Below the pieces are notes generated by a model that had not been told where the DNA came from, did not search any database, and saw only the letters and a list, made by a program, of their open reading frames with translations. This document shows positions 12,514 through 23,621 of a DNA stretch of 64,000 nt, piece by piece. The translations under genes were made by a program, and so were the position numbers. The number at the start of each line of letters is the position of its first letter. Position 1 is the first letter of the stretch. Source of the stretch: Antedon mediterranea (taxonomy: Eukaryota; Animalia; Echinodermata); assembly GCF_964355755.1 (NCBI RefSeq), contig NC_092674.1:17050001-17114000 (forward strand). Reading direction: 5' to 3'.

Positions 12514-15500
12514 TTACAAATCTAATCTATTTGGTTTCTTAATTTTTCTGCCACTGCTAGAGCATGATGATGGTTTGTGTTCTATAGTCTTGTAATGAGT
12601 AAGTGGTGTTTCTAGTATTATGTGTGTGAAGTGTTCGTTTGTTTTGCGGATGTGTGTTCGGTTTCTTCTTAGTGTTTTCTGGTTTTCTGTCAGTACTCTG
12701 TACGAATGTGGACTCGTTTTGTTTAGTATCTTCGCTGGGATCCACTGTGGGTTTTTGTCAGAGTGTCTGATTCTCACGCTTTCTCCTCTCTTTATTGGTT
12801 GAAGTGGTTTTGTATTTTCATCATGATATTGCTTCTGTTTGTCTTGTCGGTTTTTTAGTCGATTTCTTATTTCTTTTCTGGTTGGCATTTTTTCATTGTT
12901 TGTTGGAAGTTCTGTTTTTAGTCCTCTGTGAAATATCATCATTCCGGGTGAGGCAAGTTTTGAGTCGACTGGAGTTGCTCGCATGTATAGTAAAGCTTTA
13001 TCAACATCTGTGTTGTTGTGCTGAGCTTTGATGATGGTTGACTTCACTGTTTGAACCATTCGTTCGATGAATCCATTTCCTTCATGGTGGTGAGGACTTG
13101 TGGTTGTGTGTATGAATTTCCAATCTTTGCTAAACTGTTTGAATTGTTCACTGTTGAAGTGTGGTCCGTTGTCGGTAATCAATTCTTGAACCATCCCAAA
13201 CTCTGAGAAGACATTTTTTATTATCGATATAACTGTTTCACTGTTTGATTGGTCTGCCGGTATTTTTCTTATGATTGGATATTTGGTGTAATAATCTGCT
13301 ATTAGGAGGTATTCTACTCTATTTATGTAGAATAGGTCAGCTGCGAGTATTTCCCATTCTTTGGTAGGGATTTTTCTCTTCAGCATTGGTTCATGTTGTT
13401 GTTTGTGTTTGTGTTGTTGGCATGATGGGCATGCTTTTATCATGTTTTCTATTTCCTCATTAATACTGGGCCAATGGATTGATGTTTTAGCCATCAGTTG
13501 ACACTTGGTTATGCCTAAGTGGGATGTGTGTAGTTGTTTTAGGATGTCCTGTCTCATGACTTCTGGGATCACTACTCTGTTACCCTTTAGTATTATTCCG
13601 TTCTCTGTTGTGAGTTCATCCCTGTATGGGAAGTATGGTCTTATTGTCTTATGTACAGATTTTAGTTTGTCTGGCCAGCCTTGCTGTATTATACTTCCCA
13701 ATTTTATGAGAGTTGGGTCTTCCTTGGTCTTCTGCCTTATTTCTTCTTCTTTGGACTCTGAGAAATATGACAGTTGTATCTTTACTTCTTCTTCAATTTG
13801 GCTGTCATTTATAGGGTTTAATCTAGACATGGCATCTGCCAGGACCATTTCTTTGACTGGTTTATACTTGATTGTCAGATCATATCCTTGTAGTCTCATT
13901 AGTAGTCTTTGTAGTCTTGGTGGTGCACACATTAGATTTTTTAGTTGGATCATCTCTAACGGTTTGTGGTCTGATTCCACAATGAATGAGTTTCCATACA
14001 CATATGTGTGGAACTTCTCTACTGCGTATACTACCGCCAGTAGTTCTCTTTCAATGTTCGCATATCTTTGTTCCGCTTCTGTTAATGCCTTTGATGTAAA
14101 CGCAACAACTTTTTCGTCTTGTATGAGTGCTGCTCCCACTCCAATCAGGGATGCATCCACTTGTAGTTTCAACTTTTTGTTAGGTTGGAAATAGGTCAGT
14201 GTTGTCTGGTTACATATTGTTGACTTTATCTCTTCGAATGCTTTTTGTTGTGAGCCATTCCATTCAAATACATTATCTTTTTTCAGAAGTTCTCGGAGGG
14301 GTGCTGTTTTGTCTAACAGCTTGGGACAGAAGGGACTCATATACGTGGCGATGCCTAGGAAACTTTGTAACTCTTTAACATTCGTTGGTGGTTTTATTTT
14401 GCTGATGGCTTCAATGCGCTTTGGGTCAGCATGTACTCCATCTTTATCATATATCATACCAAAGAAATTTATTTGCGGTCGCTTTATTTCACATTTCTCT
14501 GCATTGAATACAAGCCCATATTCTCTAGCGGTTTCCATCAGGTCCATTAAGTTTCGATCATGTTCTTCTTCTGTTTTCCCAAATACAGCAACGTCATCTG
14601 CGATGCCTGTGGCTCCGATGCATTTCTCCAATATTTGATCCATCTTATGTTGAAAAACGTCTTGGCTGACATTCAGTCCAAATGGTAATCTTAGGAATCT
14701 GAATCTTCCAAACCCTGGAGTGTTAAATGTGGTAAGATAACTGGATTCTTTGTCAAGTCTTATGGACCAATATCCATGTCGTGCATCTAGTTTAGAGAAA
14801 AACTTTGCCCCACTAAATTTATGTGTTATCTCATCTAGGGTTGGTGTGTGATGGTATGTGCGTTTTATAGCTTTGTTTAAGTCCTTAGGATCTAAACATA
14901 TCCGCCATCTCCCATTTGGTTTCTGTGAGTAGGCCAAACTTGAAACCCAATCCACTGGTTTCTCTACTTTCTGTATGACATTTAATCTCATCATTTCATC
15001 CAACTCAGCCTTTATGTCATTTTTTATCGCTAATGGACATGACCTTGGTGCGTGTATGACAGGTGGTACCGTTTCGTCTATAACTATTTTGTACGTACCC
15101 TCAAACTTGCCAATGCCTTCAAATCTGTCTGGATAGAGTCTTTTTATGTCCTCTACATCCTTGATTTTGTCATTTACTTCGACTGCACAGTTTATCTGTA
15201 TTATCTTCAGAGTCTTTAGCGTCGGTAGTCCCATTATAGCTGGTCCCTGTACCTCTGCAATATAAAACTTTGCATTTGTGTGTAAGTTATTGAAGTAACA
15301 TGGGATGTGTATGTAACCATAATGTTTGATTTGTGCTCCGTTATACGCTGTGACTTTTACATTAGATTTGTTAACATATCTATCATTAGGTACATTATTG
15401 CTCATGTTTTTAGGAAACATAGCTCTATACATTCTCAGTGGTAATATATTACCCTCTGCACCTGTATCTACTTTTACTTTCAGAAAAGTTGGTTTGTTAC

Positions 15501-16437
15501 GGTTTATTTCGATTTTGACATTTGTGAACACTTCTGTGTCACCATCTTTAGCGTTTATCTGGCTTATTTTAATTGCTTCAAATGTAATATTAGATTCATC
15601 TTCACTGTCGCAATCGCTATCATTGCTTTTGTTTATACCATGCACGTTTCTCTTACTTCTGTTAGGTGCATTTATATATTTGCCCTTTTGTTTGTCATTA
15701 CGTTTTGACCTACATGCTCTACTAAAATGATTTTTCCTACCACAATTATTGCAGGACATGCCAAAAGCTGGACATTTACCATATTCATGTGATCTAGTGC
15801 ATCTTGAGCATGGTTTACTTTTATCTCTATCTTTGGTTCTATCATGTTTATAATTATTAGACATACCTAATTGATCTACCGCTACTTGGTGATCAGCTTT
15901 GAGCTCTTTCCCTAAGTTTCTCGACGCTTCTGATGCCTTACATATTTTCATGCACTTATCTAAATTTAAATCATCTTCTCTAAGCAATCGTTCACGCAAT
16001 TGATTGTCCAATAGTCCACAAACAATTCTATCCCTGATGAGGGATTCCTCAATTTCTCCAAACTCACATGTCTTGCTCTTGTTCTTTAGGTCGGTCACAT
16101 ATTGGTCTATCTTCTCACCTGGTATCTGGTTTCGTGAAAAGAAAGTGTGTCATTCAAATGTAATGTTTTTCTTGGGGTTGCAATATTCCTCAAATTTGTG
16201 CATAACTGTGTTTAATCTCATCCTCTCAGCTTCATTTTCAAATTTAAATGCGTTATATACATCTAAGCCTTGTTGCCCAATAGTATGGAGTAGTAATGAC
16301 GTTTGCGTTTCACTTGGTTTTCGTGACATTCCACTGGCAATGTTATATAGTTCAAATCTCTGTTTGAATCTCTTCCAATTCTCTGATATGTTGCCTGTCG
16401 ATATATTTAATGGTTCTGGCTGATTTAGGTTCGCCAT
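12514..16437 (-). CDS. Gypsy gag-pol polyprotein (1307 codons) with one premature TGA at 16152-16150
   Basis: ORFs 16150-16443 and 12514-16098 are in frame. Motifs: CCHC knuckles, protease VDTGA, RT (LDARHGYW, LPFGL, IADD), RNase H (VDAS, ERELLA, SDHKPL) and integrase (H..H/C..C, TDNG, NGFIERMV). Confidence 0.9.
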
Positions 16438-16672
16438 GATCAATATTAATTTTTAATATTGTCAGTTGTTGTATACAGTGGTAACAAAATGTGTATGGGC
16501 TATTATTTGCCTTCTGCTATCCGAATACAAAATCCAATTCAGTTCTCTCCGCACGTCACGTGTGTACTCTCAACAACACGTTTTACTATTCTATTCGTGC
16601 GGCGGCGTGTACGCTAGCCTATTTATTCTTCTAGCCTAGTATAGCTTATCGATTGACTTTATTATATGTTTC

Positions 16673-16691
16673 AATCCTACCGTTGCCACCA
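16673..16691 (-). promoter_or_regulatory. Primer-binding site, probably tRNA-Leu
   Basis: TGGTGGCAACGGTAGGATT directly follows the 5' LTR. It has two mismatches to the complement of the tRNA-Leu(AAG) 3' end as I recall it (TGGTGGCAGCGGTGGGATT). Confidence 0.65.
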
Positions 16692-16781
16692 TGTAATATT
16701 CTTTAAATACATGAGAGACGTTTCTAGTAACACAATGCTTTTATTCTTTAGTTATTCGACATCATTGTTATCACAATGATT

Positions 16782-19700
16782 GAGCGGGGTTGGTGAAATC
16801 TGTCCATAATAGGTTACTTTTCTGTCCATAATAGATTACTTTCTGTCCATAATAGGGACTAGAGGGCACTGTTGTTTGTCCATAATAGGTGACTTTCATA
16901 ATTGGCTGTCCAAAATAGGTGACTTTTTGTCCACAATAGGCGAGTTTATTGGAGTAGTGCGCCATCCATTGTGTTGTCCATAATAGGTGATTTTTTGGCG
17001 TACTCGTACATACGTAGTTTATTTCGCGAGTAGAAGTAATACTAATTTGCTTTCTGTTCAGACTTCGAGGCTACCTAGGAGGCCTAATTAGTATATAAAT
17101 ATTTAAGTCTTTCTAGCCTAGGCCTAGCTAGTTAGCTAGGCTACCTCTATAGGCCTACTAGTACTACTAGCCTAGGCCTAGTCCATTTGTTATTGTCCAC
17201 TAATAATAATAATGAAATGTGAAATTTATTCAGCAACAAATAATTTAATTTGAACTTCATTTTAGGTTTGATAGTACGGACAGACATTACGCAACTTACC
17301 ATACTATTGCAAGTTTAAATAAATCACCAAACCCACACGTTCTTTTACAAAAATAAAAAATACCCATATACTCTAATAATAATATTGATAAAGTTTAATT
17401 TTTTTAAGATAATAAACATGTAAACTGTTATTTTTATAAATGCATTGGTGTTTCAATGTAATTGTATTTTTTTTTCTTTGGACTTATTTTGTTTTGTTAA
17501 CAGTAATAATAAAAATCAATTTAATATTGAAAAAGACATCACAGTTCAGCACTTCATTTCGTCATTTTAGGTCCTCCCCTATTTCAAAATTCTGGATCCA
17601 CATAGCTCAATGACAAACCATCCCAGTCTAAAGTGTATCAACAGCAGCACATCTCATCCATTTATTATATTGTTTAATTAAATGAATCAATTTTAATGTT
17701 TAATAATAAGAAATACGACAATAAATCAAGTTTACATACACGCAGTGTACAAGCAACACCTTTGTTCTGTATTCAGAACAGTTTATTCAAAATCTAAATC
17801 ACATTTAAAAAATACTGAATTATATTAATTTTAAAAGTGTAAAAACATGGTTAAACTACAATTTAAAAAATAGCAAGGATAAATAAAATGAACCATAATT
17901 ATTATGTTTATTACTATAATTATTGATCGATGATTATGATCAAAAATAATACGTTGAAGTGATGTACTTTTTCATTTCAGCAGCATACTGTATATGAGCA
18001 GAATATCAAACATCTGTATGCCTATAATAAAAAAAAAGGAAGCATTTAAATACTATAATAATGTTTAAGTATTTTATAATGCAAGTAACTTCAATCTTAG
18101 TAATGCTGAGACAAATTTTCATGTTGTATGGTGGGAAACAGTATGGTGGGAAACAGTTATGTTTAAATATTTTATTGCATTTAAAAAAAGATATGTAGGA
18201 TTGTTTTACTAAATTTAAGTTTATACCAGTTGTTAGAGTCAATTATTACCATACTCACTATATGAAAACTGATATTAAATGTTTTAAAGACAAATGCTTT
18301 ATTGAATGAATGCTTTAATAATATAACATTCAATTAAATTTTGAAATATTTTCTGCATGAATTTGTTAGTGGATTTATCTATTCTTTGTACTGTGATTGT
18401 AATGTTTATAATGAATGAAAAAAAAAATATCTACTTTTAATTTCTTAGCAATTCAAATGAATAGAATATTTCAAATCAGAATGTTAAAAATTAATTTTCA
18501 TGTATTGTCAGTTTTTCTACTACGGTACTGATAAAATTCAGTTTGTCTCTCTGAAAATGTTTGACTAAATTGTATCCTTTTTTTCCGAAGATTACTTTTG
18601 CAAACAAATACTTTTTCTAAATAGGCTTTTTCTTGGGATTTTGAAAAATGTCCTAAAAGATGTAGGCCTAGTGGGTAGTGTATGTAAAGTATTATTCTTC
18701 AATTGTAAGTTGGGCCTATCTGTTACTTACCCTGGTTAATGTCCATGCTACTGTACTATAACATTGATCAGAAGATACACTGTACACAATCTGTGATACA
18801 TGCAAAAAATATGGAAAAATTGAGATTTAAATAGATGACATAATTAATAACATACAGTAACAATAGCTCTGGCTCTACTATACTGCCAACCTACTAACTG
18901 TTCGAACTGTCTGGATAAGACTCATTCATTCAAAAAATAATTTAAAAAAACAAAAATTTAAATAGGTCAATCTAGCAATCTAGATGTCTGTGATTTGAAG
19001 ACAAACTACCAATAGGTCTAGTAGACTAGGCTAGTAGTAGCTGATTTCGGTCTTCAAAGTATAGTAGTGGGCTGTGGTGGCAGTGGTATTAGTAAAAGAC
19101 TGTATAGTGACTAGTCCGCCAGACCTGACCTGCAGTTAGGCAGTATAGTTACGAGTAGGCATAGGCCCTAGTCTGTAAAATATTCATATTAAAAAAATAA
19201 AATAATAAAAAAACAGATAATGAGGATAGGCCTAGGTGTTTGTAGTAGGAAACCTATCTACCTAATATGAGCCCATGTCATTTGTATTCCTCCCCTGCTG
19301 TAAGGTAGGCCTAGAAAAAAAAAGCTCACATTTCATTAGTGGACAATAACAAATGGACTCCAGCTAAGCTAGTAGTAGTACTAGGGCCTAGGCCTGACTG
19401 AGGTAGCCTAACTAAAACAGGACTAGCCTAGGCTAGGCCTAGAGGCTAGAGAGACTTAAATAATTATACTAATTAGGCCTAGGCCTCCTACTAGCTAGGC
19501 CTAGGTAGCCTCGAAGTCTGAAGAGAAAGCAAATTAGTATTAACTAATAATATTATTACTTCTACTCGCGAAATAAACTACGTATGTACGAGCAGGGAGC
19601 AACTCCCTGGTACGAGTACGCCAACAAAATCACCTATTATGGACAACACAATGGATGGCGCACTACTCCAATAAACTCGAGTATTGTGGACAAAAAGTCG

Positions 19701-19838
19701 CCTATTTTGGACAGCCAATTATGAAAGTTACCTATTATGGACCAACAACAGCGCCCTCTAGTCCCTATTATGGACAGAAAGTCCCCTATTATGGACAGAA
19801 AAGTAACCTATTATGGACAGATTTCACCAACCCTATTG
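16782..19838. mobile_element. 3.06-kb non-autonomous DNA element with long subterminal inverted repeats and 8-bp TSD
   Basis: CAATGATT is duplicated at 16774-16781 and 19839-19846. Arms at about 16787-17205 and 19335-19833 carry TGTCCATAATAGG subrepeats. The terminal 5 bp are not complementary, and there is no internal ORF. Confidence 0.85.
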
Positions 19839-20099
19839 CAATGATTCGTGAGGTCTTCTATACTGAAGCCATGTTTTAGAGGTCTGTTCCCTTATGGGTA
19901 TCCTACATACTATAGAGGGCGACATCATAATATTATGGTGCCATCATAATTATAACAACGGTAGAAAATAGCGAAGTACGAGTAAAATACTGCATGGCCG
20001 GACCGCAAGTAAAATACGATATATATATGATGACGTAGTAGATATCAACACATGCGTAGAAGAACTCCGGGATTGGAGTAGGGAGATTTAGATCCTTCC

Positions 20100-20210
20100 T
20101 GGTGGTGGAAGCTTGCGACTCGGTGGTGGCGGTGAGAGAGTAGGAGACTATTTTAAAAGATCCTTCCCTTATTTTAGGCTAGGCCTAGCCATATTCTTTG
20201 TTTGGTAAGT
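20100..20210 (+). other. Candidate non-coding first exon / splice donor of HS6ST
   Basis: TG|GTAAGT donor at 20205 follows a G-rich stretch. The first coding exon starts at an acceptor, so an upstream exon is required. The assignment is inference. Confidence 0.3.
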
Positions 20211-20478
20211 ACGTAGGCTAGGAACTGATAAATTGAAGTTAAAAGTGAATTCTCGCCGTCGCAATTCCAGAATCGAATGCGTTTGATCGTCATAATAGTA
20301 ACGAAACGAACGTGTTAATTCGTGTCTATGTTAATAATAATATTGTGTAGGCCTAGGCCTATCTATATTATATTCGAATCCGGGACGATTCGGCCCTGAG
20401 ACGATTCGGCCCGGGGGATGATTCGGCCCACTTTTTTATTTCGTGCATTCGCCAAGCGGCCAACAGTAACTTGTTTAC

Positions 20479-21570
20479 GGGTGTCACGAAAGCTCAGACC
20501 ACGAAAGCTCAGACCCCCTAAGACCTAAGATCACGAAAGCTAAGACCCAACACCTAAGATTACAAATATTTATCTTTCGCACCTGCCTTGTGTTTTAACT
20601 CCCAACATATATTCTGAATACCACACCTTAGAATTGGCACTTTCATGAAAAAGAATCACATAAAAAGTAACAAATACATTTTTAAATTGATGATTTTACA
20701 GACGTTTTTCTCGCACACAAAATGACTAGCCTACAGTACAGTAGGCCTACCCCATGGGCCATGTTCAATGTTTTTGTTTCTATGGAACGTCAAAAGAGCA
20801 AAAATTATATAGAGGGCTGAAAACTCTGTGGAGTCCATCTACAGTGTGGATGGAACAATGTAAAATTAAAATTGTAATGATAATAGTATAATCATGCAAG
20901 TACGAAGAAATAAATACTGGCAAATAAATTTTAATTTAAAAATCATGATAAGTTTTTTTGTTTCGTTTTCTTTCTGTTTTTATACTTATACTATTATTGT
21001 TGCTCTTTTGGCGCTCCATAGAAACAAAAACATTGAGCATGGAGCTCGAGGAGTTACATTCATGGAGTAAAGATTACAGTATACAAAGAAACACAACTGT
21101 AAAATCATCAATTTAAAGGATTTATTTATTTGTTATTATGTGTTTCTCCTTCTGAAAGTACTTATAAGTCCTAATTTTAAAGTGTGGTGTTCAGGATAAA
21201 GTTAGTCAACAAATTTGGAGTCAAAATACAAGAAAGGCAGGTGCGTAAGAAAAACATCCTCTGAACCAACACAATGGAGTAAATATATACCAACAAACAA
21301 CCCGTCAAGTTTGTTTGTTGTAAAGAAAAAATATACATTTACTCAACGGGCGAAAATAATGTGAGTTTATCTATGTTTTGCGGTAGTATTAAATTATATT
21401 TATGGTAATAAATGAAACCTATTGTGTTTAAAATTATGTATGGATAAACAAGTATTGTTTTTAAGCTGTAGTATATCTTAGTATTTGTAATCTTAGGTGT
21501 TGGGTCTTAGCTTTCGTGATCTTAGGTCTTAGGGGTCTGAGCTTTCGTGGTCTGAGGTTTCGTGACACCC
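20479..21570. mobile_element. About 1.09-kb MITE with 10-bp TSD, copy 2 of the 4709-5783 family
   Basis: Same TIRs and body as copy 1. TSD ACTTGTTTAC at 20469-20478 and 21571-21580. Confidence 0.85.
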
Positions 21571-21639
21571 ACTTGTTTACATCGTTCGTGTGGTTAAAAA
21601 ATTATTAGTTTATAATATATATTAAAATAAATTATTTAA

Positions 21640-22265
21640 AGACCCCTTCCCTGCAATTTTGGACGTTTTTTGGAAAATAATACATACATATCACTTTAAA
21701 AACATTAAACCATGTCATTCCTTGTCTTAAATGTACGTTTTATGGTAAATTATGATAAAAAGTGAGAAACAATGCACTACCTAAGTAGCTCGCGGCGATC
21801 GACCTCTCGTGGACGGTCTTAGGCCTAGCCTAGCTAGGCTTAGTTTTGTAGGCCTAGCTGGTAAACATCGGTAACGTACGAACATCGTACGCGAGCTATA
21901 TACCTAGCCTGACGTTGTATAGTTGCTGCATTAATTGTCTTTCTATTTTTGCCAGACTCCGTTGATACAAATTGGGGAAAACCCGGTATTTTCGCTGAAA
22001 AGTTAGGAGTCTTCCATTTGTTTTGGCCTCACGATCGATCGAAAAGTGGGCGAATTACAGGTGAAAAACAAAAATATCAATCCGCGCGCAATGCATTTTG
22101 GGATTTATAGCGGGCCGCTATAATTATTAGAATCGACTTATTTTTCAAATTTTTAACCGTTTAAAGACGAAAAAAGTTATCGCAATAGGACCATATAGTA
22201 TTATTTTTACATTAAATATAGTTTGTGATCTTAAATTAGATCTAAAAAACGTAGGGAATGGGGCT
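21640..22265. mobile_element. Kolobok-like MITE, copy 1
   Basis: TTAA flanks; termini AGACCCCTTCCCT...AGGGAATGGGGCT. Confidence 0.75.
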
Positions 22266-22706
22266 TTAATTAAAATTATTTTCGACAATTTTTCAAAATA
22301 TTTGCTTTATTGCATCTTTTTTATCCCTAGTAGTCTAGAAGTACTAGGAAGGCCTACCCCAGTAGGCCTACCCCATCATAGTCTTTTGAAAATAAGATTT
22401 GAGGAAAAAAGCTTGTTTAAATGCTCATAAAATGCATATCAAAGCTGATAAATATGGTGATCCATAAATATAAGTGTGCCGAATCATCTCAGGGCCGAAT
22501 CGTCCCACTACCTTGCTTGTATGTATTCAGCGGTCAACTGTAAGTGTAAATAAGGCGCTACTGATGCATTTATTTGGTCAAATAAATTCTTTTCTGTGCA
22601 CTATTATAACATTTATTCTTTATTGCATTCCAGACCAACAGCGATCGCCACTAAAACAGGCTGGTTAAAATCTTAATAAAAACTACTTTAGATAAAAAAT
22701 CATTAA

Positions 22707-23290
22707 AGACACCTTCCCTACAATTTGTGACGTTTTGTAAAAATAATACATATATATTACTTTAAAAACATTTAAACCAGGTCATTACTTGTCTTAAATG
22801 TGCGTTTTATGGTAAATTATGATAAAAAGTGAGAAACAATGCACTACCTAAGTAGCTCGCAGCAATGACCTCTCGTGGACGGTCTTTAGGCTTAGTTTTG
22901 TAGGACTAGCTGGTAAACATCGGTAACGTATGAACATCGTACCGTACGCTAGCTATATACCTAGCCTGACGTTGTATAGTTGCTGCATTTTGTCTTTCTA
23001 TTTTTGTCAGACTTCGTTGATACAAATTGGGGAAAACCCGGTATTTTCGCTGAAAGTCTTCCATTTGTTTTGGCCTCACGATCGATCGAAAAGTAGGTGA
23101 ATTACAGACAAAAAACAAAAATATCAATCCGCGCGCAATGCATTTTGGGATTTATAGCGGGCCACTATAATTATTAGAATTTACTTATTTTTTCACATTT
23201 TTAACCATTTAAAGATCATATAGTATTATTTTTACATTAAATATAGTTTGTGATCTTAAATTAGATCTAAAAAACGTAGGAAAGGTGTCT
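22707..23290. mobile_element. Kolobok-like MITE, copy 2
   Basis: TTAA flanks; termini AGACACCTTCCCTAC...GTAGGAAAGGTGTCT; body alignable to copy 1. Confidence 0.8.
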
Positions 23291-23621
23291 TTAAAACAAG
23301 ATGACATCGAAGATAGAAAAATGATATTACAGGTTTAAAACTAAGTGATGTGAATGTCAATTAAAACCTTAAAAGCGAGAATGCTTTTTTTTTTTATGAA
23401 TCTAGAGGAATCAAAGTTAATTCACAGTCAACACATACTACAATATAAAGTAGTATGTTTTAGTTAATTTTACAACTAAAATTGAAAAAGTAAAACTGAA
23501 CAGATTATATTGGGCTAAAAACATAGATTAATTTTTTGTATAATTTGTATCCTTTTATATCTACCGTCATCTTTCATCTACCGTCCCAATGCGAAATCTT
23601 GGTAATAACACTGGAATTCAG

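Larger units (their letters stand above)
12215..19957 (-). mobile_element. Full-length Gypsy LTR retrotransposon (Mag-like) whose 5' LTR is interrupted by a DNA element
   Basis: TG...CA LTRs at 12215-12410 and 16692-16781 plus 19847-19957. TSD ACGG at 12211-12214 and 19958-19961. PBS, PPT and gag-pol are present. Confidence 0.95.
3472..20099. mobile_element. Non-autonomous foldback element (about 220-bp inverted arms plus inverted tandem-repeat blocks), expanded to 16.6 kb by nested insertions
   Basis: 3472-3690 is the reverse complement of 12130-12214 joined to 19962-20099 (termini GGAAGGATCTAAATCTCCC...GGGAGATTTAGATCCTTCC). Flanks are CGGTGG and TGGTGG, a possible 6-bp TSD with CpG decay. 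The internal repeats flip orientation near 7340. Confidence 0.7.
20381..22506. mobile_element. Older TIR element hosting two younger MITEs
   Basis: GGGACGATTCGGCCCTGAGA(C/T)GATTCGGC at 20382 is inverted at 22474-22506. No clear TSD. Confidence 0.6.

Noticed and set aside
12557-16423. Several plus-strand ORFs up to 229 aa (and a short alternate-frame ORF) over the Gypsy
   Set aside because: Antisense or alternate-frame shadows of gag-pol with no recognisable motifs.
16771-19879. Paired ORFs MAHYSNKL... on opposite strands
   Set aside because: They are translations of the inverted arms and their short subrepeats.
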